NCBI GenBank assembly: GCA_051294375.1
Contig: CM119267.1
Location: forward strand, 25,621,293 to 25,685,292
Direction: 5' to 3'
Source of the DNA: Paraspadella gotoi
Lineage: Eukaryota > Animalia > Chaetognatha
DNA length: 64,000 nt
Position 1 is the stretch's first letter, and every line of letters starts with the position of its first letter. Both the position numbers and the translations under genes were made by a program. Below, piece after piece: positions 35,501 through 48,700 of this stretch. Under the pieces are notes generated by a model. It had not been told where the DNA came from. It made no database searches and saw only the letters and a program-made list of their open reading frames with translations.

Positions 35501-38500
35501 TCTTCAACGAGAAACTCTGCATCCAGATGATGGAGCATCTCAAGAAGTGGATGGAGTACTGCGTGACGACGCAGAAGACTCGCTCCAAGAGCGTCGGCGT
35601 TGAGCTCAAACTCTGCGCCGCCATCATTGACATCTTCCCTCTCATCCCCGCCGCCTCGAAAAAGCTCATCAAACCCTTGGCTGAAGAAGTCCTTAACGGC
35701 GAGAAGGCTATGCTCATGGAGGTCAGTCCCAATTCTTTTTATTTTCTTTTTTAGTGGCTCATTTTCGATTTCCGAGTTTTTTTTATAATAGCACTGTTCT
35801 TTATGATACCCGAATTATCTTCAAATTTTTGTTATAAGTTGTCATTTTATTTCAATGGGACTTTACAAAAATATTACTAACTCATGAATTTGCTGAAAAA
35901 TATTGATTATTGAAGCTTCGACCATCAGAGTTCAATCATCCGTCGACCAAAATAGTTTTTAACGCGAAAACTGGAAAAATATTATATCGCTTTTGTTGCT
36001 AGTTTGATCGCCGTCGCCAATGCGTAGCTACGTGCTGTTCTTATGAGCACGTAAAAACTTGAGCTTCTGAAATGGTTAATAAAATCCCCATTATGGTGAC
36101 ATGTAAATTATTTTTTTAATATTTGGTGATTAGTTTAAATCCAAATACACAGGAAACTCATGCTTCACGAAATCTAATGATTAACTTTCTTCATAATGTT
36201 TTAAAAAATTGTCTTCGTCAAAATAAATCGCATGTACAAATAAAAAAAATTTCATTTCGCGCGGCCAGAGCCTCTAAAATGGATTTGTCCAACATTCGCG
36301 CCAAATACGGCGACGAAGAAACTAGTTTCGCTGAGAAGCAACTCGTTTCTCTCGATCCCTTCGTTCAATTCGCGAGTTGGATAAACGAAGCCTCGAAGCA
36401 AGAGTCTATTCAAGAAGCCAACGCCGCTTGCCTGTCGACGGTGTCTCCGAGCGGCCGCCCGTCCTCGCGCTTCGTCCTTTGCAAAGGCTTTTCCGGGGAT
36501 TCGGGATTTCGTTTTTTCACTAATTACGAGAGTCGCAAAGCGCGGGACATCCGCGGCAACCCCAACGTCTCCCTTGTCTTTTACTGGGAGCCGCTTCATC
36601 GCTCTATACGCATCGAGGGCGTCGCGAAGAAGATCTCCCCCGCGGAGAGCGACGGCTACTTCCAGGCGCGGCCAAAGGAATCGAGGATTGGCGCGCTTGT
36701 CTCGGCACAGTCGACTCCCATTGCCTCGCGTGACGTGCTGCGATCGCGTAACGCAGAGCTCGAGGCCGAGTTCGAAAAGGGCGAGGTGCCACGCCCAGAG
36801 TGGTGGGGTGGATTCGACGTCGTCCCCGAAATGATCGAGTTTTGGCAAGGACAAAGCAACAGGCTCCACGATAGGATTGTCTTTTACGCCTCACACGCAG
36901 AAGATTTGAAAGGCGTTCCCGAGGAGTTGTTAAAACAAGGAGAGGGCGACTGGAAATACTGTCGGCTTTCTCCTTAAATCTGTCTTGATAAAAAAATAAA
37001 AAAAAAAAAATAATTTTGGTTGCATAAGTTTTTTACAAATTTTTGGTTGATTTTTTAATGTTAGCTTTTTTAACCGTCTCGAAAAGCGATAACTGCAAAA
37101 CTTATTTTTTTACATAAAATTGTTTCTGATACACTGAAAATATCGATGAAGGTTTTTTAAAGATTAATCTTTTCCGTGGTGAATTCTTTTCTCCCTTTAC
37201 CTCTTTAACAGGTCGGTTCTTGCCTCCACGAGCCTCTCATGAATTTCTTGCTGAAGTATCCTCAACAAACATTGGATCTCTTTCTAAGCGAAGTCAAGTT
37301 TAAGGATCAACAATGGAATCGTTATTTGCATTACATGTTGAAACAGGAAGCAGGTCTGCTTTTTAATTCAGAACCCACATATTTATAATTATTATTACAT
37401 TTATTAAATATTCATTCTCATCTAAAATTCAGGTCACCCGCTTCGTTTAATATTGCAAAGCAATCCTACCCAACTGATGAACATGGCCGTCGGGCATTTG
37501 CCCGGGATGCCGTCGTCTCAGCTCACTCCTCAAGTCTTCAACGAGATCAAGTTTCAAACGATCAACATTATTTATCAACTCGTTAAGCAAGATCCCAATT
37601 GGCTCCCGCAAAATCCAAACATCGCCCTCAACTTGCTCAAGATCTTTATTTCGGAGGCTTTTCAGGGTCGACACAAAAACATCGACTCTGTAGACTTTGC
37701 TCATTGGAAAGAACCGAAACTTTTAGTGAAGTGCATCCTTAATTTCGTAGAGCATCACCCCGACCAACTCGAACTTCTCTTTCACCTTCTCCGCGCCTTC
37801 GTCTCTCGGTTCATCACTCAGTTTCAGTTTCTTAAAGATTTCCTCGAAACTAAAGTCGCCAAAACTTATTCCGTCGAGTGGAAGCGAAAGGCTTTTTTCA
37901 AATTCGTTGACATCTTTCATGACAATTCATGGCCGCAAGAAGTGAAGGGCAAAATACTGCAACACATCCTCATTCCATCTTTCGCTCACTCTTTCGAACA
38001 GGGCGAGGGGGAACAACTCATCGGCGGCCCGCCCTCACCCGACCAAGACAACCCCGACAACGTGATCAGCGTCTTTATCGGCAAAGTTATCGATCCCGAC
38101 AATCCTTTTGGCACCTGCGACGCTGTTCGTATTCTTCTGCTGCAGTTCTCCTGCCTTTTGGTGGAAAAGGCCGCCCCTCACATCCACGACGCGGCCAACA
38201 AGCGGCAAGGGACGCGACTCCGACGTCTCATGACCTTCACATGGCCCTGTCTTTTGGCAAAAAACTACGAGGACCCCGCCTCCAAGTACTACGGCCATCT
38301 GCTCCTCGCCCACATCATCGTCAAGTTTGCCATTCACAAGCGGATCGTCCTCCAGGTCTTTCACAGTCTTTTAAAAGCCCATGCGGTGGAGGCACGCCAA
38401 GTCGTCCGCCAAGCTCTGGAGATACTGACTCCAGCAATGCCTGGCAGAATGGAGGACGGTAACACCATGCTGACCCACTGGACCAAAAAAATCATCGTCG

Positions 38501-40501
38501 AGGATTCCCACACAATGGCTCAGTTGACACATATGCTCCAGCTCATAGTTGGACACTACAAAGTCTACTATCCCGTGCGCCACCACCTTATTCCTCATAT
38601 GATATCATCCATGCAGCGCCTTGGTTTCACTCAGAACACCACTTTCGAGCATCGCAAGTTGCCTGTCGAGCTTTGCGAAGTCATCATCAAATGGGAAATA
38701 CAACGCATAAAGGAAGAGAGCGAATCTTCTGGCGCCGGAACTTTTTTGAACGCCGCTGGCGACGTCGCCGCCAATGTCGATCCGATCGATTCACCGGCGA
38801 CTCCCGGAAGTTCCCTCGGCAGCGGACCGGACACAAAGAAGGCTAGGAGTCTTGGGGGGATGGCCGCCACGGCGCAAGCTTCAAAACCCGTGGAAAAAAT
38901 TCACTCCGACGCCGTTGTCAACTTTTTGCTTCGCATCGCCTGTCAGGTGAACGAGCCACTGGCAGCCTCCATGACGAGTCAAGCTGGAGAGATGCTCTCT
39001 CGTCGATGCATCGCCCTACTGAAGACGGCGTTGAGCGCGGATGTCTGGCCACGAGCCGAGCTCAAGCTATCTTGGTTTGACAAACTCCTCTGCACAGCGG
39101 AACAGCCAGGCGCCAACTTGAACAACATCTGCACAGCGCTGGATGTGCTCACCTTTCTACTCTCTATCTTGCGCAAGGAACAGATCCTAGTTTCCTTCAA
39201 GCCGCTTCAACGCGGCATTGCCGCCTGCATGACGTCGCAAACGACGCTCTTTAAGTCTAACAAGCCGGCGGCGGCACCAAATGCCGGATCTTCCGGCTCC
39301 GGAGGGGCCTCTGGTTCCTCGTCTCAAAACTCGAGTTCTTCTCCAAAAGTCATTCGCGCCCTCCACGCTCTCCTCTCCCGACTAATGTCCGTGTTTCCCA
39401 CGGAACCCGCCACCTCCAACGTGGCGTCGAAGCACGAGGAGTTAGAACAGCTTTACGCTTGCGTCTCCAAAGTCGTCTACGAAGGTCTGGCCGCCTACGA
39501 GAAAGCGGGGGCCAATGCTGCTGCTCCGTCTCAACTCTTCGGCACGCTTATGATTCTGAAGGCGGCCTGCGTCCAGAATCCGCAATATATCGACAGGTTG
39601 GTCGTTTATGGTCTGCTCCGTTTTTTTACGCATGGTCATTTGGTAATTTTAAGTAAAGTTAATAATTTATAATTAATATACTAGGTTGATCACGTCTTTC
39701 ATGAAGGCCCTTCAAAAAATGTTCAAGGAGCACATAAACCCTACGGCGACTGAAACGAACCCCACAATCGCCACAGAGTTGCTCATACTTAGTCTGGAGC
39801 TCGTCAAGAACCGGGTGGGCGTCATGTCGCCCGAGATGCGGAAGCTCTTCATCGGCGTCATTCTCGTTCAACTTATGGAGAAATCGACGGAACCCAAGGT
39901 GATGAAGGCCATCGTCAAGATTGTGGAGGAGTGGGTCAAGACAAAGAATCCGCTGCAGATGAACCAGCAGCCTTCGCAGCGGGAAAAGTCAATCCTTCTG
40001 GTCAAACTCATGCATTTCGTAGAGCAGCGCTTTCCCGACGAGACTGAACTCAACCGGGACTTTCTCGAGCTCGTCAGTCACGTCTACCGAGACCCGCAAC
40101 TTCGTGAAACCGAGTTGACGGCCAAATTGGAGTCAGCCTTTCTCGCCGGCCTCCGCTGCAAGATCCCCGAAGTGCGCCGCCAGTTCTTCGAGGTCTACGA
40201 GGCCAACGTCAAGCGCCGCGTATACGATCGATTGCTTTATATCACCTGCTCTCAGAACTGGGAACCCATGGGAAAGAATTATTGGATCAAGCAATGCTTG
40301 GAACTTCTTTTTGCCGTCGCCGTTCCGGACACGCCAATAGTTGCAGCTAATCAGGCCAATCTGTTACCTGCTTGCAAGAAGGTCATCGCAATCGCCGATT
40401 CTCACGCCAGAGAAGACTTTAATCTCATGGCGCATATGGTGAAGATAGAACCCATGGACACCAGCGTTATGGAATCTGATAAAGGTTTAATTTTCTTCTT
40501 C

Positions 40502-40554
<53 letters not shown>

Positions 40555-43500
40555 AGGAGGATTTAGCCTGCCGTCCAATTCTCCTTTTCCTCTTCTTTTT
40601 CTTTCGTCCTCCTCCTGCCCCTCAGTAAATTTTTATCGTCGCAATCGCTAAGGCTCTACGTACGATCGATGTCTTTTAGACAACGAAATCTAAACTTCAA
40701 TAATTACCATCTTTTTTGATCTCATTAGTTAGTATGAAGCTTACTTCATTTAAAAAAACGGTAGTCTCAAGTTATCTCATTCTTATCACTTAGAACTTCC
40801 CAGGTAAATTTCTATGAGTTAAAAATACGGTAAGACATGATTTCTTCAATGATTGTTTAGCTAATCTCATTAACTGTGTAATTTTAGATATAAGTATGAA
40901 ATTGGTACAACCAATATAAAAATTATTCCATTCATTTAATAAATAAGCTATCTTGCCCCTAACTTTGGACAGGCTTAGGTGGTTTAAGGCCTCCATCACT
41001 CTTACAAGATAATGACATAGCAGGTCCCTACAAGCTTTCAATCAAGACTCTCTCACAGTCTCGTTTATTCACTCCCAGAGTACCTGGCTTCCCTATCAAT
41101 GAAGTGGTATAATATTTCAAAGAATGTTTCAATTGTATGAAAAGACCACTCCCTTAAGTATTAGATCAGGGAATACTTATTGTACTCCGCACTAGCATCA
41201 AAATACAAGGAGCTGAATTTTATGAAATTGGTACAACCAATAAAAAAATTATCCATTCATTTAATAAATAAGCTATCTTGCCCCTGACTTTGGACAGGCT
41301 CAGGTGGTTTAAGGCCTCCATCACTCTTAACAGATAATGACATTGCAGATATAAGTATGTTCGAATTTTTATGGTATAGATAAATTTTAAAGATCGAATT
41401 CCTCATGAGAATCTTCACGTCTTTTACTTACATAAAAGTTTTTAGGTAAGACGCCACATTATCTGATACAATTTTTTTTTTCATACGCTTTCCCTGATTC
41501 TTTTTCTTCACTTCTTTTCTTCTCTTTCTTTATATTTTCCTCTTCCTCTTTTCTCCCTTACTTCTCACTCTGTCACTTACAATTTTTCGGCCCCTACCTT
41601 TTTCTGCCACTCATGCACTTTCCTTACCTTTTTTCTCTCCTTCTCTCTTTCCCTTTCTTTTCCCCTCTTTTTCTTTCCAATTTTCCCCTCATTTCCTACC
41701 TTTTATATGTCTCACTATTTTTTCCCCCATTTGCTTATTTTTTTTTCCTTTGGCCCCCTCTTTCATTTTCTTCCATTCTCCTTTTCTTGTTTCTCTTTCC
41801 TCTTCCCTCTCACTACATTTACATTGAGCCAAATCAAAGAAATTCTTTAATAAGCATATTAAGAGAGAAAATGAACGGTAACGCATGATTTTTATTTCAA
41901 TTTTGGTTGCCTAGCAAATTTAGTAAATCGACAGATTTTGCGGAAAATTTTTCCGCAAAATCTGTCGATTCTCAGAAAAAACAAGTCCTGACGCTTTCCA
42001 TTGGCTAAAAGGATGCGGTTTTTTTTTGTTTTATCAACGTCAGTAAGTACCCCATCTTTTAAAACCAATAAATGAGTTGAAAATATTTTCTTTATCATAA
42101 ATAAATGCAAGTCACAAAAAGTCACAAATTAAAAGTTGTCTTTAAAAATTATTTGTGGCTAAACGAAAAGAGTTTTTTTGATAATTTTGTAGGTGTTGAA
42201 AGCTTATTCTGTGGACTATATTTTCTGTTAGTTTAAACCAATTTAAACTATTTTTGTTTAATAAATTATAATAAAAACTAAAACTACGACTTTTTGACTT
42301 GTCAATTTTAAAATTAATTTATAAGTGAACTATGAATGATATAAGGAAAATATTTTACTCAAGGTGAAGAAGATAAGGAAGAAAGGAATTCCAAAAGAAA
42401 AAAAATTTTCTCAACTTTCCTTGGCATTCAAATTTGAAGACAAAGTGAAAATGGACAAAAATGGACATGATTTTTTTTCTTAAAAGTTGCAAAAATGTTA
42501 CTCTTATATGATTAGAAATAGCTGGAGATGGTTTTAACCAATCCGTACTTTGGCCTAATTTATATTATGGTGCAAATTAAATTAATTTTGTTAATAGTAA
42601 CTGAACAATACTGGAAAAAGTAGTTTTTTCTCTGAATGCAAGGATCGTAAGCAGAGGCCTAAGCGTTTGCGACTATATAGTAACACTTTTGCGCATAAGT
42701 GCGTCGGGCGTCGGCGTCGTCGGCGTTCCAAATTATAGATCGCCTTTTTATGATTAAATTTGGGTTTATGAAGCTGAAAATTTATATACAGCTTCTCATC
42801 ATCGATGTGCTTAAAATTGAGTCTGGACAGTTATTAAATATGTTTTGTTTACATTTTATCAAAACAAACAAATTTTCTCTCTTTTATTTTCATATTTCTT
42901 CTCTCTCTCTTTTTCTTTTAATTACATGTCTCTCTCCCTCTCTCTTTCCCTATTCACTGATTCATAATCATAGGGAAAAAAAACGAGTCTGCAGCTGGCT
43001 CTGCAGGGCATATCTTTTTCTTTATTTTCTCCTGCTGCTTTTGCTGCTGCCTTTTGAGTCTGCAGCTGCTCTGCAGGGGCTCTCTTTTTCTCTCTTTTCT
43101 CTTGCTGCTGCCATTTGATTTCTTTCTTTTCTCTCTCTCTGTGTTTTTATGAAAAAAAAAATTGAATTGGGATTGAACTCGTAAAATTAGGCATCGCATT
43201 TGTGCATGTTATCATTTTGCTATAGTAACATCGGGTTTTTATTTCACTTTATTCTTTACTTCACTTCGTCAGTCTGATTCAAGTTTCACTTTGTCTTTTG
43301 TCTGGGAATGATGACAGTGTTTAGAGAGGTCGCATTCGATCAAACTGCTCCCTTATGCGTGCTTAAAGTAAAACAAAAGTACCTTCAATAATGTTACTCC
43401 AGTCTTAGCACTTGCTAAAAATTAAACTCGAAAATAAGTTATTTTACTGTTTTATATTTATTCTTTTGCCAATGAAAAAGGTTTTTTTTTTGTTTTTTGT

Positions 43501-45654
43501 TTTTTTCAGAAACTGTAACTGTAAACTGACAATAGCAAAATAGAATTTGTCTTTCTGTTTATAAATTAATTTTCTTTTTTTCCCCTTTCTATTCTTTCTT
43601 TTCTTTCTATTCTTTCTTTCCTTTCTGTTCTTTCTTTCCTTTCTTTCCTTTCTATTCTTTATTTATTCTTTTCTTTTTTCTTTCTGTTTATAAATTTTTG
43701 TTTTTTTTTTCAAAATTGATTTTTTTAGTATCAAAATTTGTCGTCAATCCAGATTTTTCTTATGCAATTGCGACGATCCTTATGCTTTAAGATTTTTTGT
43801 CTAGCGATACATTCTCTCGTTTCTACTCTTCACGAAATATACCATTATTTTCCCTCTATTTCTTCACGCCTTCAATACCCCACAAGTGGCGCCTTTTTCG
43901 CGGCTCGATACCCTACTCCCCATGGATTAAGTTTCCCATGCTAACCCTCAGCAAAAAAACCCGTGGAAATTATATAAAAAACTTATCTTTCTGCACAACA
44001 AAAAAAAGAAACTTAAAAATAAACCAAATTTACAAACTCCCCTCTCAAAAAAAAAAAAAAACATTTTATAAAATACTAAAAAAAATCTACATAATTTTAG
44101 AAACAAATTCCTACTTAATATTTATCACAAAATAACTTTCTCCTTTCTTTTTACTCTTTGTCAACCGAAACTTGGAATTTTCAAAATCTAAACATCGAAC
44201 TTTGAACCTGGCGACTAAAAACAAGATCGCTTCAACTCTATTTTTCTTTCTCTCTCTCTCTCTTCTCAGCAACTGAAAATGGTGAAAGTTAAGATTGGAC
44301 TTTAACCTCTTAAAAGAAACAGAAATAGCAAGTCCCTTACTGTGAAATACGGAATAAAAAACTCCCTGAAAATGGCCGTAATAAACTTTAAAGATCAAAT
44401 CAATTCTAATGACCTCTAAGGAGAATATATTGGCATCTTGGAAAATCTGATGAATTTTTCTAAAAGATTGCATACTAATAATGCAAACCCATGAATTCTG
44501 GACAAGAATATAATGGATCTACTTGCTTTGGTGCAGAATACACATAAGTCCCCTCTGCCTTTAAAAACCCAAACTGTCTCCACCTCAACTCAAACCTATT
44601 TCACCCAAGCCAATGCTTCAACCCAGACCACAAAAATCAAGGCTAGTTGCAATAAATCAACTCAAACTAAAATTCCCAACTCAACCTCCTCTTCCCAAAC
44701 TACCCAAACTGCCATCATTTCTTATTCAGTTTCAACACATATCAATGTTGCCAAGACTGATTCTCAAGTGCAGACCAACCTACCAACTGTCAACGACTAT
44801 GCTAAAGATGTGAAAACTCAAGCTAGAAAAATCTAAGGAGAAACTTCATTTGCAAAAATCAACTCTGTGTAAAAACTTTCGATTTTCATTGATGAAGACT
44901 ACAGAGTCGAAACATGCCTTAAATAAAATTTGTTGCCAAAACAAATCAAATTGTTTTTCTCCTAAGAATCAACTCAAACAAGAATCAACACAAAAATCAG
45001 TCTCCGGTCAAGAAATGGGAAACAAAATCAAGAAATGAAAGAACTGGACCCTGGAAAGAATACATGATCCCTCAAACCTGCGCTGAAAAGATCTATATCC
45101 CCCCTCATCGACATGTTCCTCAAGACCAAAGAAGGCAACCAGCTTTTGGATTATGCAAAAATACTTACCCAAAACTGATAGAAATAGACTTACGACCATG
45201 GTTGCGCCAGAAGTTTGCTGCATTTTTGCCCCAGACTTTACCATTGCCCTTTTTTGAGAATCAATATCAGTCAAGGTGCAGTGGCATACCTTGTCAATGA
45301 CTCTAACATAAATTAAAAATAAACCTTTAATCATTTAAATAGCTTTGATAGAAATCCAATAGTTTTAATTTAGTTTTTGACACTTTTTTAGTTCTGTGTC
45401 TTTGTTTTTTTAGTTCAGAGGGAAGCATGACGATGTCATGCCATGCCATTGGGGGCCTGGACATGACATCTTGGTCAAGAAGGGGGACGCAGAGGAGGAT
45501 TTAGCCTGCCGTCCACTTCTCCTCTTCTTCTTCTTTCCTCCTCCTCCTTCCCCTCAGTATATTTTTTGTCTAGCGATACATTCTCTCGTTACTAGTCTTC
45601 ACGAAATATACCATTATTTTCCCTCTATTTCTTCACGTTTTCAATACCCCACAA

Positions 45655-45704
<50 letters not shown>

Positions 45705-48700
45705 AAGAAAAACATTGATTTTTGTTTTTCTTTTAGTGCATGCGATGAAATTTATCAATCTATTATTATTATTATTATTATTATTATGTAGACATTGTAT
45801 TATTTTCTCTCTTTTCGTTGCTAAGTAAATATTAAGAAAGGTTTATTATTGTGCCCATACAACGATTTTTATTTATAAGTGATAAGTCCGTCCTTTTCTC
45901 TCTAAAGCCTCGTTCAGGTCAATTTAAAATGACTAATAAAATTTTGGTGGGGTCGCAAAAAACACTAGTGGTGGCTTTTCCGTTGGCGAAGAACTGGTGT
46001 GTGATTAATCCGTGGGCGGCGATTACAGTTTATCCACAAGCCCGGTTTGTGGTTAGATTTTCACAGGAGTCCTTTTCCCGGGGCGCGTTTTAATTTCTAG
46101 ATTGAACCTGAAAGAAAGGAATTAAACAATCATTAATACAAATGCACTAATAGTATCCACAACTAGTTTCAAATAGCAATTTTTTTAAGCACAGTAAAAT
46201 CAATATACATTAAAAAATTAAATACACATATTCAAATTAAAATGTAAGCCAAAATATTAATGAAATCCACTTGAGAATTGAGGAGAGTCCACTAGGAATT
46301 ATGAAGCTGTGGTCTCTCGTCACTTGAGACCCTTGAATTAATCCACCATTAACCTTAACCAAGTCTTACCAGACTTAACCTTAACCAAGTCTTACCAGAC
46401 TTAACCTTAACCTAGTCTTACCAGACTTAACCTTAACCAAGTCTTACCAGACTTAACCTTAACCAAGTCTTACCAGACTTAACCTTAACCAAGTCTTACC
46501 AGACTTAACCTTAACCAAGTCTTATCAGACTTAAACTTAGAGTTATTATTTCCAACCAGTCCTTCCTGGACTTAGGCGTTTTCAGTCTCTCCTGGACGTT
46601 TTTCCAGTATCTTTTCCAGCCGGACAGAATTTCCCCTTACACTTCAGAGGGTCTCTATTGACTCCTGACCACAGTCTGTGGCGCTCCTCCTTATATAAGC
46701 AGATTTTGGTCACGTGATTTCTCCTCTGGAATTGGCTTGGGACTTAGCAGGCCCGTAAAAGCCCCCCTTTTGGCTTTAACCTTCTCCTAACTGCCCTTTT
46801 GTTTTTAGCCATTTCCATTTTTTGCTCAAAGGTAACCTCTGCTTCACTTATAACCAATTTTTTGCTTCTTAAGCTTTACTTAAGACCAACCCTTGCTTTT
46901 GCTCAAAGCCAATCCTTGCTTTGCCTAAAGCCTATCCCTGCAATATCAATTACTAAGTAAACTAATAAAAAAGTTAGTTGCCTACTTTTTTATTACAATG
47001 ACCACTATTTAAAGTGACCATTGTGATTATTTTTACTTTCGTGAGAGCTCGCGATACCTTTTTAGTTTCTCTTCAGAGCTCAATTAAACGTAGCGGGTAC
47101 ACCGCTTCGAAAATTCGTTTTTACGGGTCTCCGGTAGAATAAAGGATAATAAAGTTTCACAAAATAAGAAACGTCTTTTCTATTCGGGCCCATGTTAAAG
47201 CAGTCGAAACGGGCAACGTTCGAATGTTTGCCTTCGCGAGCGTGAGACCAAATATCTCACATTAAGAGTACATGTTTCGACTCTATTGGTTCGAGTCTTC
47301 ATATAAATAAATAAAAATCGTTGTATTGGCACAATAATAAACCTTTCTTAATATTATTATGTAATATTATAAAATACAAATATATACTTAGTCTTAGTGA
47401 ATATACATTTAACTGGTTTTTTACCGGTTACAAACCTAATAATAATTAAATTTTTGTTGTTGTCATATCCTTGTATTTTTGACTTGTCCCTATTTCCTGA
47501 GTATAAATTTTCTTTAATTTCAGGCGGCCCTTTGACAACGCCTTCAGGATTAAGCGGAGGCAACTCTATTTTGGATGCTGCTAAAGAGGAGGAAGATATG
47601 GACATTGACAGGTGCAAGATTTAGGAGCGATTTTCCAAGTTGTCTTGATTTTTATTTTACAATTTACATTCATACCTAATACTTATTTTCACGTTCAGAT
47701 TGGCGCAGGGCGACGACAGTAACCTTCTTTCGGGGTCCAGCTCCTTCAAGAAACACGAGTCGATGGACACGTCATCAACGACGACTTTGACGTGCATCTC
47801 CCAGTCAGTCGTCTCGGATCCTAAGCATCAAATCAACGTTCTCATTCAGCGCCTCTCCAAATTCTTAGAGGCCTGCAGCGCCGTCAAGACCGTTGACTTT
47901 CTCGAATCCTTGGCGCAGTTGTGCCATTCTTCCGTAGATCTTGCTCAGTCCCTTTGGATCTCTTTCTTCCCTCGTCTCTGGAGTCACATCACCGAGAAGC
48001 AGCGTCACTCATTGGCCGGCGAGTTAGTGCCTTTCCTCTGCAGCGGTTCTCACATTCGCCAGAAGGAGTGCCAACCCTCAGCCATCAACACTTTCGTCGA
48101 AGCTATCGCTCTTTGCGACCCTCCCATACCCATCAGGCCCTGCGTACTTAAATACGTGGGGAAGAATCACAATCTTTGGCATCAAGCTTGCCTTATGATG
48201 GAACAGGTTTGTCTAAGAATGTAGCTTGCATTTAATAAGTATATACAATATACATGATGTCATTAAGAGAAACTACTTTCACTTTTCTTTCAGATTTCGA
48301 TGGAGGGTTTCATTGAGAAAGAGAGTCTCGGATCAGGTTTGTCGGTTTCAATTGACCCATAAAACAAAGGTCGTCGTCGTTACCCGGTTAATTTTATTTG
48401 AAATGATTTTTCGATTCCACCTCAGGTGTTTCTCCCTACGACTTTGGCGGAGAGGGCGAGTTGACCGTCTCGCCAAATCAAGAGATTCTCGATTCTCTCT
48501 GTGAGCTTTATTCCGTCCTCAAAGAAGAGGATTATTGGGTCGGCCTCTGGCAAAAACGAGCCCGATACTCTGAAACTGTCACCGCTCTCGCCTGCCAGCA
48601 ACAGGGTCTCTTCGAACAGGCCCAGATAGCTTACGAAGGGGGTAAGATGACGGAACTATTAAATTGCCGCCTGTAAAACGTTTTTTCCCTGGAAATTTCA

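Larger units (their letters stand above)
40552..45655 (+). mobile_element. Non-autonomous LTR-type element: truncated 5' LTR (40552-40627 plus 43796-43886, split by HINE-A), PBS-like TGGCGCC at 43887, decayed TQT-rich ORF 44372-44836, PPT, 3' LTR 45428-45655
   Basis: Direct repeats ending CAATACCCCACAAG; purine tract AGAGGGAAG before TGACGATG; second copy on the minus strand from 60207. Confidence 0.7.

Noticed and set aside
36123-36278. 52-aa N-terminal extension of PNPO in the ORF track
   Set aside because: Starts at a non-ATG codon in AT-rich intron-like sequence; PNPO-like sequence begins at ATG 36279.
36279-36977. Bacterial contamination or recent HGT as the source of PNPO
   Set aside because: Embedded between in-phase TRRAP exons, host-like codon style and start context, and an animal-like C-terminal insert before W...RLSP; phylogeny is needed to exclude HGT fully.
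43305-43400. C/D-box snoRNA starting at ATGATGA
   Set aside because: No suitably placed D box or terminal stem; lies within a repeat.
46349-46539. CRISPR-like or telomeric array
   Set aside because: Head-to-tail 26-bp units with no spacers, no cas genes and a eukaryotic context; not a pure telomeric repeat.
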